64,000 bases of DNA from Bdellovibrionota bacterium (GTDB taxonomy: Bacteria > Bdellovibrionota_C > UBA2361 > JAAYZI01): NCBI GenBank assembly GCA_050950765.1, contig JBMNIF010000002.1, forward strand, positions 832,001 through 896,000, in the 5' to 3' direction. The notes beneath the pieces are model-generated. The model had not been told where the DNA came from. It did no database searches and saw only the letters and a list, made by a program, of their open reading frames with translations. Position numbers and translations under genes: made by a program. This document shows positions 50,353 through 61,580 of this stretch, one piece after another (position 1 is the first letter of the stretch; every line of letters starts with the position of its first letter).

Positions 50353-51591
50353 ATGAAGGGGCATTTGCAGATTTTATTACAAAATGTACAACACGATGAT
50401 CAATATCTTTTAAAAGGTGCTCGTGCGCGTGGTGCATATAGCGCTTTGCAGAAGGCTTTGAAACTTACCCCGCAAGAGGTGATTGAGGAAGTGAAAAAAT
50501 CACAGTTGCGTGGACGAGGCGGTGCTGGATTTCCGACAGGTATGAAGTGGAGCTTTGTGCCGCGAGATAGTGGCAAGCCTGTTTATCTCCTTGCTAATGC
50601 AGATGAATCGGAGCCAGGAACTTTTAAGGATCGTTTATTAATTGAGAGAGACCCGCACCTGATTATCGAGGGTGCTATGATAGCGGCTTATGCTATCGGT
50701 GCAGAGTGGGCGTGTATCTTTATTAGGGGTGAGTATACGTACCCATATCAACGTATAAAGGCGGCTGTGGATGAATGTTATGCAGCAGGTCTCTTAGGAA
50801 AAAATATCTTCGGTACCTCTTTTAATTTAGATCTGGTGGTGCATCGTGGAGCAGGAGCTTATGTTTGCGGAGAGGAGAGTGCGCAGCTGGATGCTATTGA
50901 GGGAAAAAGGGGGAGACCGCGCCTAAAGCCACCTTTCCCAGCTGTTTCAGGTTTGTATGGTTGCCCAACAGTTATTAACAACATAGAGACGCTTTCAAAC
51001 ATCCCGTGGATTATTCAAAATGGTGGCGAGGCGTATGCTGCGATAGGGGTTGAGAAATCAAGTGGTACGAAGTTAGTTAGTGCTTCGGGGCATATTAATA
51101 AGTCAGGGGTGTATGAAGTAGAGTTGGGTTATAAATTACTCGATCTTATAAATAATGAGTGCGGTGGTGTTAGAGCGGATCGCCGTTTAAAAGCAGTTTT
51201 CCCTGGTGGATCGTCGGTTAATGTTTTGCGTGCTGATGAATTGGAGGGAGTGACCCTTGATTATGAAGGGTTAAGACAAGCCGGATCTTCCTTAGGGTGC
51301 GCGGGGTTTGTCGTTCTTGATGATAGCTGTTCTATGCCTGAGGTGGCGCTTAATTTAGCACATTTTTACCGACATGAATCGTGCGGACAGTGTACCCCGT
51401 GTCGAGAAGGGGGGCATTGGATAGAAAAGATTTTGCAAAGAATAGTAGATGGTAATGGCAGACCGGATGATGCTGACCTTATTATCTCTATCTGTGACAA
51501 TATCGGAGCACATACCGTTTGCGCTCTCGGGGATACTATGGTGCTACCCCTTAGAAGCATCGTAATGAAATTTAGGGATGAATTTCGTTAA
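50353..51591 (+). CDS. nuoF: NADH-quinone oxidoreductase subunit F
   Basis: LRGRGGAGFPTGMKW, NADESEPGTFKDR, GAGAYVCGEE, ESCGQCTPCREG. Confidence 0.95.
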   Translation: MKGHLQILLQNVQHDDQYLLKGARARGAYSALQKALKLTPQEVIEEVKKSQLRGRGGAGFPTGMKWSFVPRDSGKPVYLLANADESEPGTFKDRLLIERDPHLIIEGAMIAAYAIGAEWACIFIRGEYTYPYQRIKAAVDECYAAGLLGKNIFGTSFNLDLVVHRGAGAYVCGEESAQLDAIEGKRGRPRLKPPFPAVSGLYGCPTVINNIETLSNIPWIIQNGGEAYAAIGVEKSSGTKLVSASGHINKSGVYEVELGYKLLDLINNECGGVRADRRLKAVFPGGSSVNVLRADELEGVTLDYEGLRQAGSSLGCAGFVVLDDSCSMPEVALNLAHFYRHESCGQCTPCREGGHWIEKILQRIVDGNGRPDDADLIISICDNIGAHTVCALGDTMVLPLRSIVMKFRDEFR

Positions 51592-51608
51592 TGTTTTTGC
51601 TGGAGTTA

Positions 51609-52656
51609 AGGTACCCACTTTTTACCCCCGTTAAGATCTATCCGATTCGTTTTTTCAGTTGCCGCCCGCTCAATTGAAGTTATATTGTCCCTGAAGGGTG
51701 GCACCAAATTTTTTACCTCCGTCAAGATCTAGCTGATCCCGTGTTGCAGTATTAGCCCGCCCTGCCGTCCCTGAAGGGTGGCACCAAATTCGTCAAATTC
51801 TAGCTTTTTGCTAATATCTTGATATTATTGACTATTGTGGTTTTAAATCATCTGTGCCCCTGAAGGGTGACACCAAATTCGCCGAACCCAAGTTTTTACT
51901 AACATGCCGATATTATTAGATTGTTGTAATTTTAAGCTTTGGTTACCTTGCTTGCAAAGCATCTGCGCTCCTGAAGGGTGGCACCAGATTTTTGACCTCC
52001 GTCAAGATCTGACCGATCTGTTTTGCCATTGCAGCCCGTTCGATCGTCACTGGTCGATCGTCACTGGTGGGTGGCACCAAATTTTTAACCTCCGTCCAGA
52101 CCTAGCCGCTTCGTTTTTCAGTTGCCGCCCGCCCGATTGCCCCTGAAGGGTGGCACCAAATTCATCCAGTCGCTTAAGCCGTCAAAGCGGCAAAAAAGAA
52201 GGGTGGCACCAAATTTTCCGTGCCTTGCTTGCAAAGCATCTGCGCCCCTGAAGGGTGGCACTAAATTCTGCCCTATAAAGTTAATATGACTTCGCACTCG
52301 AGACCCCCAAAGGCTTTCTTCAATTAGGACCCCCACTTTTTACCCCCGTCCAGAGACCCCGTCTTACTGGTGGGTGGCACCAAATTCGCCGAATCTTAAG
52401 TTTTTACTAACATGCCGATATTATTAGATTGTTGTAATTTTAAGCTTTGGTTACCTTGCTTGCAAAGCATCTGCGCTCCTGAAGGGTGGCACCAAATTTT
52501 TTACCCCCGTCAAGATCTAGCTGATTCGGTTTTTAGTTGCCGCTCGCCCGATTGCCCCTGAAGGGTGGCACCAAATTTTTAACCTCCGTCCAGATCTAGC
52601 TGATTCCGTGTTGCAGTATCAGCCCGCCCTGCCGTCCCTGAAGGGTGGCACCAAAT
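51609..52656 (+). repeat. Head-to-tail REP-like array: 12 copies of (CCCTGAA|CTGGT)GGGTGGCACCAAATT separated by reused linker modules
   Basis: Copies near 51689, 51769, 51858, 51969, 52064, 52141, 52198, 52247, 52368, 52478, 52556, 52636. Confidence 0.92.
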
Positions 52657-52771
52657 CTGACTTGAGGGAAATGAATTTTTATAGGATCGTCTAATATATT
52701 CTAAAATGCTGACAGCAGAACCTGCTTAGTGTACACTCAGCGGCGGTTTCGCAATCTGTCGCGAGAGATAA

Positions 52772-54097
52772 ATGGAGATATTGGATATGAATGATGTGCA
52801 GTCAACAATTACGGATATTGACGAAGTAACTAAAAAAATTGAAGTCGTAGTACCAGCAACTCAAATTGATACAAAAGTGGCTGAAAAGTTGGATCGTCTT
52901 AGTAAAAAAGCGACTATAAAAGGGTTTCGTAAAGGGAAAGCCCCAAAGACGGTAATAGAAGGAATTTATGCGAATGATGCTTTTTTAGAGGTGGTCGGAG
53001 ACGTTGTTGATAGTTCTTTAAGGCAGATCGTTAAAGAGAACAGTATAAAAAATATCACAACTCCTGAGATAAGCCTTGAGGAGTGCGAGAAGGGAAAAGA
53101 TTTAAAGTTTTCTGCAGAGGTATCTATTTATCCGGAACCGAAGATTACGGGTTATGAGCATATTGAGATTGAAATTGAACCAAAGAAGATAATTTCTGAA
53201 GCTGATATTGAAGAGGCTATAGAGAGTGATAGGCTAGGACGTTCTTCTTTTAGAGAAATTGAAACGCGTGATGTTGCTGAAAAGGGAGATATCGCAAGTG
53301 TTACCGTTCAAGTTATTTATGAAGATAAACAACCGACAAAAGCAGAGCCTGCTGTAATTGAATTAGGGCGTGGTGAGGTGCTGGAGGAAATAGAAGAAGG
53401 TATCGTCGGTATGACTATCGGGGAAACGAAAGATATTAAAAAAATACTTTCTGAAAAAGAAGATGCTACTGATGAAAGACCTCTTACTTATAGAGTAACT
53501 CTTGATCTGTTAAATGAGAAGGTCTTGCCTGAAGTGACGGATGAGTTTGTGGTAAGTTTGGGATTGCCGAATGTAAATACAGTTGCTGAGTATCGTACGT
53601 TGATTGAAAACAACCTTAATAAAAAAGCTGAGAAAGAACATAAAGACATTACTAATGAGGCTATCCTTGAACATTTAAGGTCTGTAAATAAATTTATGGT
53701 ACCGCAGGTCATGGTTGATGATGAAATTAGACACCTTATTGTTAGAGCAGGAGTAATTGACTCGACAGAAGTTAATGTTGCAGAGATAGATGTAGAGCCG
53801 TTTCGTAAGGGCTTAGGCGAGATCGCTTTGAAACGAGCTGAGTGTGGTGTGATTGTTGATCGTATTGCAGTGGCGGAAAATGTTGAAGCTTCCGAAAGTG
53901 ATATCAGAGAGTGGCTAAAAGATGTATTCGAGCAAACTAACATTCCTCTTGAGATCCTAGAAGAAGGTTTTGATAACTATGAAACTAAAATGAAGGTTAA
54001 AGCGGAGGTCCTTCGTGATAAAACTTTGATCCTTCTTCAGGAAAGAACAACTGTGAAGATCAAGAAAACTGAAAAAATTGCTGAGGAGAAGAAATAG
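52772..54097 (+). CDS. tig: Trigger factor
   Basis: IKGFRKGKAP ribosome-binding motif; upstream of clpP. Confidence 0.92.
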   Translation: MEILDMNDVQSTITDIDEVTKKIEVVVPATQIDTKVAEKLDRLSKKATIKGFRKGKAPKTVIEGIYANDAFLEVVGDVVDSSLRQIVKENSIKNITTPEISLEECEKGKDLKFSAEVSIYPEPKITGYEHIEIEIEPKKIISEADIEEAIESDRLGRSSFREIETRDVAEKGDIASVTVQVIYEDKQPTKAEPAVIELGRGEVLEEIEEGIVGMTIGETKDIKKILSEKEDATDERPLTYRVTLDLLNEKVLPEVTDEFVVSLGLPNVNTVAEYRTLIENNLNKKAEKEHKDITNEAILEHLRSVNKFMVPQVMVDDEIRHLIVRAGVIDSTEVNVAEIDVEPFRKGLGEIALKRAECGVIVDRIAVAENVEASESDIREWLKDVFEQTNIPLEILEEGFDNYETKMKVKAEVLRDKTLILLQERTTVKIKKTEKIAEEKK

Positions 54098-54133
54098 TTT
54101 TGCTGTTAAAGTGAAAAAACTTGGAGATGGTTT

Positions 54134-54805
54134 ATGGTAAAAGAAGAGATGAATTATTACATACCTTATGTTGTTGAACAGACGGGTAGAGGGGAGCGTT
54201 CTTACGATATCTATTCTAGACTTCTGAAGGAAAGGATTATATTTCTTGGAACTGAGATTGATAGTCAGGTCGCTAATATTGTAACGGCGCAGCTTTTGCA
54301 CTTGGAAAGTGAAGATCCTGAGAAAGATATTTTCCTTTATATAAATAGCCCTGGGGGAGAGGTAACAGCAGGGTTAGCGATTTATGATACCATGCAGTAC
54401 ATCAGACCTGATGTTGCTACTGTTTGTATCGGGCAGGCTGCCAGTATGGGAGCTGTGCTTTTGGCAGGTGGCGCCAAAGGGAAGAGATCGGCTTTGCCGC
54501 ATGCTAGAGTGATGATTCATCAACCCCTTGGCGGTTTTAAAGGGCAGGCTTCAGATGTGGAGATTCAAGCACGAGAGCTTTTTAGAATTAAGAAAGAGTT
54601 AAATGAGATCTTAAGCCATCACACTGGACAAGATGTCGCTAAAGTTGAAAAGGATAGCGATAGAGATAATTTTATGAGTGCTTATGAAGCTAAAGAGTAT
54701 GGCTTGATAGATGAAGTTTTCGAGCGTAATGCTAAACGTTCTGAAAAGCAGGGAAAGGCGGAAGAGACAGGAAAAAACGGAAAAGAAAAAAATAAAGAGA
54801 AATAA
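54134..54805 (+). CDS. clpP: ATP-dependent Clp protease proteolytic subunit
   Basis: [33 protein letters not shown]. Confidence 0.97.
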   Translation: MVKEEMNYYIPYVVEQTGRGERSYDIYSRLLKERIIFLGTEIDSQVANIVTAQLLHLESEDPEKDIFLYINSPGGEVTAGLAIYDTMQYIRPDVATVCIGQAASMGAVLLAGGAKGKRSALPHARVMIHQPLGGFKGQASDVEIQARELFRIKKELNEILSHHTGQDVAKVEKDSDRDNFMSAYEAKEYGLIDEVFERNAKRSEKQGKAEETGKNGKEKNKEK

Positions 54806-54872
54806 AGATAAAGTATCGTGCTGAACGGTAATATATCTGTAATGTTTAAGACGCAGTTTTTGCCATAATATG

Positions 54873-55153
54873 CGGTGGTAAAGGCTGCGTTTTTTTGTAA
54901 TGTGTTTTGTGTTGGATTGTTGAAGCCTGAAGTTGGCGTAGGTTTTATTGGTGGTAAAAGTTGGCTTTCAGCACTGGTGGGTGGCACCAGCGACACTACA
55001 CTTTTTTTAAACGCTTTTAAAAAAATTCTTCTTATATTTTAATAAGCTGGATTGCTATAATGGACAAATTCACCTAAAAACTTTAAAAAACTCGGAAGTT
55101 AGCTTAGGTGCTATCGGTGGTAAAGGCTGCGTTTTTTGTAATTTGTTTTGTGT
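54873..55153. repeat. clpP-clpX intergenic: ~40-bp direct repeat pair flanking a solo REP
   Basis: CGGTGGTAAAGGCTGCGTTTTTTGTAAT.TGTTTTGTGT at 54873 and 55115; CTGGTGGGTGGCACCAG at 54974-54990. Confidence 0.8.
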
Positions 55154-55274
55154 GATATCTGTAGAAAAACATAAATGCTTTTATTTATTTATAAATTTAA
55201 AGTTTTCTAAAGAATGAGAATGAGGTAATGTATAACTATTAAGCTTTATAGTTACTTCGTATTTGGGGGTGCTT

Positions 55275-56549
55275 GTGGCAAAGAAGGGAGATAAAAGTTC
55301 AAATACATTAATTTGTTCTTTTTGTAATCGTACACAAGAAGAGGTCAGGAAGTTAATAGCTGGGCCATCTGTTTATATCTGTGATGAATGTATAGAGCTT
55401 TGTAATGATATTATTGCCGAAGAGCTGGATCAAGATGAGCACGTTGGTGTTGGTTCAGGTGTCCCAAAACCTAAGGAGATAAAGGAGTTTTTAGACCAAT
55501 ACGTTATCGGACAAGACTATGCAAAACGGGTATTGTCTGTGGCTGTGCATAATCATTTTAAGAGGCTTGAAAATAAAAGTTCTAAGTCTGCTGGAGATGT
55601 GGAGATAGCTAAGTCTAATATCTTGTTGATTGGTCCGACAGGTACTGGAAAAACTTTATTGGCTCAAACTTTGGCACGTATCTTACGGGTGCCTTTTACG
55701 ATTACAGATGCAACTACTTTAACTGAAGCTGGTTACGTCGGTGAGGATGTTGAAAACATTATTTTAAATCTCTTGCAAGCTGCTGATTATAATGTTGAGA
55801 AAGCAGAGCGTGGTATAGTTTATATTGATGAGATAGATAAGATCTCAAGGAAAACAGAAAACCCATCTATTACGCGTGATGTTTCTGGGGAGGGAGTACA
55901 ACAGGCGTTATTAAAGATGTTGGAAGGTACGATTGCTAGTGTGCCACCTAAAGGTGGTAGGAAACATCCGCAGCAAGAATTTTTACAGGTTGATACCAGC
56001 AATATCTTGTTTATTTGTGGTGGTGCTTTTGTGGGGTTAGAAGATATTGTTAGGCAACGTGTTGGAGAGAAAAAGCTTGGATTCGGTGTAAAACGAGAAG
56101 ATGAGGGTGCAAAAAAGAGTAAGGCTGAAGAGAAAGCTGAATTGCTGATGAAGGTTGAGCCGGAAGATCTGTTGAAGTTCGGTTTAATACCGGAGTTTAT
56201 CGGAAGATTGCCGTTAGTTGCGACTTTGTCAGACCTTGATGAAGATGCTTTAATTAAGATCTTAACAGAGCCGAAGAACTCACTTACAAAACAGTATAAG
56301 CGTTTATTTGATTTTGAAGATGTGCAGCTCCGTTTTACGGACTCTGCTTTGCGAGCAGTGGCAAAAAAATCCATCGAGAGAAAATCTGGTGCACGTGGAT
56401 TGAGAGCGATTCTTGAGAAGGTGATGCTTGATACGATGTATGAAATTCCGTCAGAGCCTGAAATTCAGGAAGTTGTTGTTTCTGAGGATACGATTTTAAA
56501 ATCAGAGCCGCCACTAATCGTTTATCACAAAAAGATGGAGAGTGCTTAG
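55275..56549 (+). CDS. clpX: ATP-dependent Clp protease ATP-binding subunit ClpX
   Basis: CSFC..ICDEC zinc finger, [29 protein letters not shown]. Confidence 0.97.
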   Translation: MAKKGDKSSNTLICSFCNRTQEEVRKLIAGPSVYICDECIELCNDIIAEELDQDEHVGVGSGVPKPKEIKEFLDQYVIGQDYAKRVLSVAVHNHFKRLENKSSKSAGDVEIAKSNILLIGPTGTGKTLLAQTLARILRVPFTITDATTLTEAGYVGEDVENIILNLLQAADYNVEKAERGIVYIDEIDKISRKTENPSITRDVSGEGVQQALLKMLEGTIASVPPKGGRKHPQQEFLQVDTSNILFICGGAFVGLEDIVRQRVGEKKLGFGVKREDEGAKKSKAEEKAELLMKVEPEDLLKFGLIPEFIGRLPLVATLSDLDEDALIKILTEPKNSLTKQYKRLFDFEDVQLRFTDSALRAVAKKSIERKSGARGLRAILEKVMLDTMYEIPSEPEIQEVVVSEDTILKSEPPLIVYHKKMESA

Positions 56550-56914
56550 TTCGGGTTGTATAAGACCTCCTGTGATGTCAGAAAAAAGAAGTTTTTTTGG
56601 CTGAAAGATTAAAGTAAAGGGGGGCGGAGTAGGGCACTCTGTTTTTTCTGTATGTCAGAAAAAAGAAAGAGTTTTTTGAAAAAAAGTCTCTTTCTTTGTA
56701 TGAGTTAATCTCTTGATATTTTTCAATAGATATATTTTGATTATTTTCTGACTGTAGTTGCATCTAATGTGTTGTTGCTATTCCTATGTGTAGTTTGTCG
56801 AAATGTATTTTGTAGTCATTCTGATGAATTAAATGTTTGGAATGGTGTGAAAGCTATCGACAGATAAGGTGACTTCAATTATCTTATCTTCCGTTATTTA
56901 TTTGGAATCATTAT

Positions 56915-59362
56915 ATGAAATCATCAGTTGATAATCCTGTCCCGTTATTGGCGTTGCGAGAGTTAGTCGTTTTTCCGCAACAGGTGGTGCCACTCTTCGT
57001 TGGTAGAGATAAAAGCGTGAGAGCTATCGAAGAGTCTCAGAAAGAGAATAAATATATTATGTTATGTGCTCAAAAGGATAGTCATGTCAGTGATCCTAAA
57101 GAGAAAGATATCTATACCGTTGGTACGCTTGGCGAGGTCGTACAGTTAATTCGTTTGGCTGATGGACCGATAAAGGTGCTTGTTGAAGGCAAGGTGCGTG
57201 CTAGGATTAAAAATTACGTCAAAGATGATGACTTTATCATGGTTGATGTTGAAGAGCTTGCTCCTGCTACTGATGTTGATACTGATCTGAAAGGATTGAT
57301 GAGAGCTGTTAACACCATTTTTGAGCAGTATGTAAAACTTGGTAAAAAGCTTAATCCTGAGATGATAATGCAGGTGAATGCGATTGAGGATCCCTCACGT
57401 TTAGCTGATGCTATTGTGGTGCAGCTGAATATTAAGATGGAAGATAAACAGGAGATTCTTGAAACGATAGATCCTAAGGTGCGGCTTGAGAAAATTCATG
57501 ACCACATGAAGTCGGAAATAGAGATTTTGCAAGTTGAGAAGCGTATCCGCGGGCGTGTTAAAAAGCAGATGGAGAAGACGCAGAAGGAGTATTATTTAAA
57601 TGAGCAGATGCGTGCTATCCAGAAAGAGCTTGGCGATAAAGATGAGTTTAAAAATGAGATTCAAGAACTGGAGGATAAGCTTAAAGCTCTTGATATGCCT
57701 GAAGAGGCGCGTGATAAGACCTCTAAGGAGATTCGTAAATTAAAGATGATGTCTCCGATGTCGGCAGAGGCAACGGTGGTGCGTAATTACGTTGATTGGA
57801 TGTTGGCTTTGCCGTGGAGGTATAAGTCTGAAACTCAGGATGATATTGATCACGCTCGTGATATTTTGGAAGAAGATCATTACGGCTTGGAATCAGTGAA
57901 GGAGAGAATCCTTGAGTATTTAGCGGTGCATAAATTGGTCGGCAAGTTGAAAGGTCCGATAATCTGTTTAGTTGGCCCTCCAGGAGTAGGTAAGACTTCA
58001 TTGGGACGTTCCGTGGCGCGTGCAACGGGAAGGGAGTTCGTAAGGGTTTCATTGGGTGGTGTGCGTGATGAAGCTGAGATTCGGGGGCATAGAAGAACGT
58101 ATATAGGTGCGTTACCAGGGAAGATAATTCAATCTTTGAAGAAAGCTGGCACTGGTAATCCTGTTTTCCTGTTAGATGAAATAGACAAGATGTCTAATGA
58201 TTTTAGAGGCGATCCGTCTTCTGCGCTTTTAGAGGTCTTAGATCCGGAACAGAACGATACTTTTAATGATCACTATTTAGATTGTGATTATGATCTTTCT
58301 GATGTGATGTTTATTACAACCGCAAATACGTTACAATCAATTCCAGGACCGCTTCTGGATCGTATGGAGTTGATCCGAATTTCCGGTTATACGGAGATGG
58401 AAAAAACGTCAATTGCAAAGAAATATCTAATTCCGAAGCAATTGAAAGAGAACGGTCTCGAAGAGAAAAACTTAACGGTTGAGGATTCCGCTTTGACGGA
58501 GATCTTACGACGCTATACGCGCGAGGCAGGTGTGCGTAATGCTGAGAGAATGATTGCAACGTTGTGTCGTAAGGCTGCTGTGGAAGTGGTGAAAGAAGGG
58601 AAAGATCATCATATCACGATGACGAAAGATAATTTAGTGAATTATCTTGGACAGCCACAATACAGTTTTGGTAAGAGCGAAGAAGAGGATCAAGTTGGAA
58701 CGGCTACGGGGTTGGCGTGGACAGAGCTTGGCGGGGCGTTACTAGTGATTGAGACGACGGTGCTTCCAGGTAAGGGGCGTTTGCAGATCACTGGAAAACT
58801 TGGTGATGTAATGCAGGAGTCGGCGAAAGCCGCTCTCAGTTACGTTCGTTCTCGTGGTGATATGTTAGGCTTGCCGCGACATTTTTATGACAAGATCGAT
58901 ATTCATGTGCACGTTCCGGAGGGTGGGATCCCGAAGGATGGACCCTCTGCTGGTATCACGATAGCACTTTCTATCGTTTCTGCTTTAACGGGCATTCCGA
59001 TCGATAAAGAGATCGCAATGACTGGTGAGATCACGTTAAGAGGAAATGTTTTGCCTATCGGTGGATTAAAGGAGAAATCGCTTGCTGCGCATAGGGGTGG
59101 TATTAAGCGAGTTATGCTTCCGCGTGAAAACGAGAGTGATATTGACGAGATTCCCGCTACTGTGCGTAAAGATTTGGAGCTGATTCCGGTTCAGCAGGTG
59201 GATCAGGTTATCTTTGAGGCTCTCAAGTTCAGATCTGCGGCAGACTTCGAAAAGTTGCTTGATATGCGTCAGGTGCGAGATGATAAGTTCTTTGAAGAGC
59301 CCGAAAGAGGTGAAGACGAAGATTCTTCAATCAAAGAGAAGCCAGCAATGGTGACGCATTAG
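56915..59362 (+). CDS. lon: Lon protease
   Basis: [28 protein letters not shown]. Confidence 0.97.
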   Translation: MKSSVDNPVPLLALRELVVFPQQVVPLFVGRDKSVRAIEESQKENKYIMLCAQKDSHVSDPKEKDIYTVGTLGEVVQLIRLADGPIKVLVEGKVRARIKNYVKDDDFIMVDVEELAPATDVDTDLKGLMRAVNTIFEQYVKLGKKLNPEMIMQVNAIEDPSRLADAIVVQLNIKMEDKQEILETIDPKVRLEKIHDHMKSEIEILQVEKRIRGRVKKQMEKTQKEYYLNEQMRAIQKELGDKDEFKNEIQELEDKLKALDMPEEARDKTSKEIRKLKMMSPMSAEATVVRNYVDWMLALPWRYKSETQDDIDHARDILEEDHYGLESVKERILEYLAVHKLVGKLKGPIICLVGPPGVGKTSLGRSVARATGREFVRVSLGGVRDEAEIRGHRRTYIGALPGKIIQSLKKAGTGNPVFLLDEIDKMSNDFRGDPSSALLEVLDPEQNDTFNDHYLDCDYDLSDVMFITTANTLQSIPGPLLDRMELIRISGYTEMEKTSIAKKYLIPKQLKENGLEEKNLTVEDSALTEILRRYTREAGVRNAERMIATLCRKAAVEVVKEGKDHHITMTKDNLVNYLGQPQYSFGKSEEEDQVGTATGLAWTELGGALLVIETTVLPGKGRLQITGKLGDVMQESAKAALSYVRSRGDMLGLPRHFYDKIDIHVHVPEGGIPKDGPSAGITIALSIVSALTGIPIDKEIAMTGEITLRGNVLPIGGLKEKSLAAHRGGIKRVMLPRENESDIDEIPATVRKDLELIPVQQVDQVIFEALKFRSAADFEKLLDMRQVRDDKFFEEPERGEDEDSSIKEKPAMVTH

Positions 59363-60218
59363 GGGGAGGCTGGTGCCACCCACCAGCCCCAAGCCCTTGT
59401 CCCTTGTCCCTGGCCTTGTCCCTGGTCTTGTCCCTGGTCTTGTCACTGGTGCCACCCACCAGTACGACCTGCTTTGCTGTTTTTACTCTTCTGACAGCCT
59501 TTTTTCTCCTTATGCTACTGCCAGCAAGCTTAGTTCACCTTAAATTTGATACTACAATTTACGATTAATTGACTATTTTCAGATTTTACAGATTTTACAG
59601 CTTGCTTGTCACTGGCTTGTCACTGGTGCCACCCACCAGCGCTAAGCTCTTATTATCCCTGTTCCCTGTTATCCCTGGTGCCACCCACCAGTACGACCTG
59701 CTTTGCTGTTTTTGCTCTTCTGACAGCCTTTTTTCTCCTTATGCTGCTGCCAGCAAGCTTAGCTCGCCTTAAATTTCCTTAGATTTGATACTACAACTTA
59801 CGATTAATTGACTATTTTCAGATTTTAGATAGATCTTCCCTGTTGAAATTTAGATTTCATATTATTAACGGCTCAAAAAAGCAGCTTTTTTACATTACTT
59901 TTTTCAGGTCGCCACCCCGCAAAGTTAGGGGGAGGCTGGTGCCACCCACCAGCCCCAAGCCCTTGTCCCTGGTGCCACCCACCAGTACGACCTGCTTTGC
60001 TGTTTTTGCTCTTCTGACAGCCTTTTTTCTGCTTATGCTGCTGCCAGCAAGCTTAACTCACCTTAAATTTCCTTAAATTTGATACTACAATTTACAATTA
60101 ATTGACTATTTTCAGATTTTAGATAGATCTTCCCTGTTGAAATTTAGATTTCATATTATTAACGGGTCAAAAAAGCAGCTTTTTTACATTACTTTTTTCA
60201 GGTCGCCACCCCGCAAAG
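59359..60218 (-). repeat. REP-containing tandem duplications between lon and the RAYT gene
   Basis: CTGGTGCCACCCACCAG at ~59370, 59446, 59623, 59675, 59936, 59969; ~135-bp core in three copies; CTTGTCCCTGG(T/C) mini-repeats at 59390-59446. Confidence 0.92.
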
Positions 60219-61166
60219 CCTACCTACAATAGGCATACTCGGACGAAATGCCCCATAAACAAACTTAGCTGAAATATCACCTTGCTTCCACTTCTTCCAA
60301 GCCTTTCTACACTCTTCACAAAAAGCCTTATATTCTGCTATCGCTTTTATCCGTAACTCCTTAATCCAACAAATTAAATACGGCGTACGCGTCTTCTTCT
60401 TAGGTACATACGCAATATTTATCGATTGCTGCTGCACTTTACGCATCCCCATAAAATGCCCCTTCCTTTCAAGTGCAATCTCTTCTTCCCTTTTTGAAAT
60501 CTCTGTCATTATTGTTTTAAAGATCTCTTCAGACGTAAGGTTTTTTGATTCTTCAAAACAATTCTTCCAAGCATCAGGGGTAATCTTAAGCTCATGACAA
60601 GTGTGCGGAAACATATTAAGCATTTTTAATAAAATAGCATCGCTTATTTTATGAAGTCTCTGCGGTAACTTACGTAAATTAGTAGAAGAGGTATACTTAC
60701 CCTGCACTGTTAAAGAACCTGATTTATACATTCTAAAACTACTACACCCTTCCCAATCATCAGCATGTGCAACGAGTCCTGCTTTTACAGGATTTATATA
60801 AATATAGACTATCTTATCGATAACATCATTATGAGTTAACAAACGTTGCTCCTTAAAACGTCCATCCCAAACGTTTCTCCTATATTGCGGCGTTAGTTTC
60901 TTAATAGCACGTGCAACTGCACTTTCCATCTCTCCCATAAATGAAGAGATGTGCTTTCCTTCACCAACTAATATCATGTGAAAGTGGTTACTCATCCAAT
61001 TAAAATGAGCAATTCTAACACGATGGTGCTCTTGGCAACGAGCCATAATCCCTAACAGGATCCATTTCATAAAAAGGCGTGCTAGAAATGGCAAGCCAGA
61101 TAATGTTCTATTGGTGACATGTACCACCATTTTATTAGGATTTCTCCTATCTCGACGATTTCTCAT
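60198..61166 (-). CDS. REP-associated tyrosine transposase (RAYT; HUH Y1 family)
   Basis: VHVTNRT, WMSNHFHMIL (HUH), VWDGRF, YIYINPVKAGLV..W..SS (catalytic Tyr); flanked by REP copies. Confidence 0.88.
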   Translation of the reverse strand: MRNRRDRRNPNKMVVHVTNRTLSGLPFLARLFMKWILLGIMARCQEHHRVRIAHFNWMSNHFHMILVGEGKHISSFMGEMESAVARAIKKLTPQYRRNVWDGRFKEQRLLTHNDVIDKIVYIYINPVKAGLVAHADDWEGCSSFRMYKSGSLTVQGKYTSSTNLRKLPQRLHKISDAILLKMLNMFPHTCHELKITPDAWKNCFEESKNLTSEEIFKTIMTEISKREEEIALERKGHFMGMRKVQQQSINIAYVPKKKTRTPYLICWIKELRIKAIAEYKAFCEECRKAWKKWKQGDISAKFVYGAFRPSMPIVGRLCGVAT

Positions 61167-61205
61167 AAGACAACTCCAGATGAAAAATAAAAATAATCAA
61201 TAAAT

Positions 61206-61242
61206 TGGCAGAATTGCCAGTTAGTTTGGCAGGATTGCCAAA
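61206..61242. promoter_or_regulatory. Two tandem palindromes TGGCAG(A/G)ATTGCCA upstream of the RAYT start
   Basis: 61206-61219 and 61227-61240, 21-bp spacing. Confidence 0.45.
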
Positions 61243-61315
61243 TTCTAACGCCTAATTGTCGCTAGAGTTGGGATTTTATTGTGGGTAAAAATGAAAAAAG
61301 TTTGGAGATTGGGAT

Positions 61316-61529
61316 TGGTGCCACCCTTCAGTGGCTGGGAAGGTGTTAGAGAAAGAAAAGAAGGGTGGCACCAGTTTTTACCCCCGTGAAGACCTAGCTG
61401 ATCCGTTTTGCAGTCCCAGCCCGTCCGGTCGTCCCTGAAGGGTGGCACCAGTTTTTTAACCCCCGTGAAGACCTAGCTGATCCGTTTGCAGTTCCAGCCC
61501 GTTCAGTTGTCCCTGAAGGGTAGCACCAG
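61316..61529. repeat. REP cluster upstream of RAYT: one inverted pair plus two direct ~77-bp units
   Basis: TGGTGCCACCCTTC (61316) / GAAGGGTGGCACCA (61360); CCCTGAAGGGT(G/A)GCACCAG at 61433 and 61511; a further solo copy at 61752. Confidence 0.9.
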
Positions 61530-61580
61530 AGGTTGACATTAGTTATCCAAATGAGTAATTTTTGCTGTGTTGTCAGAGAA

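Noticed and set aside
51904..52336. Short ORFs in the REP array (also 59569-60076, 61245-61448, 54682-54996)
   Set aside because: They are translations of repeats (LVPPTS/LVPPFR, GWHQ) with no sign of real coding
52375..52389. sigma54 promoter within a REP (TGGCACCAAATTCGC)
   Set aside because: Only one of ~25 copies has the GG-N10-GC spacing; probably incidental
51609..52656. CRISPR array
   Set aside because: Inter-repeat segments vary from ~30 to ~100 bp and are reused; the repeat is dispersed elsewhere and flanks a RAYT; no cas1/cas2 in the window
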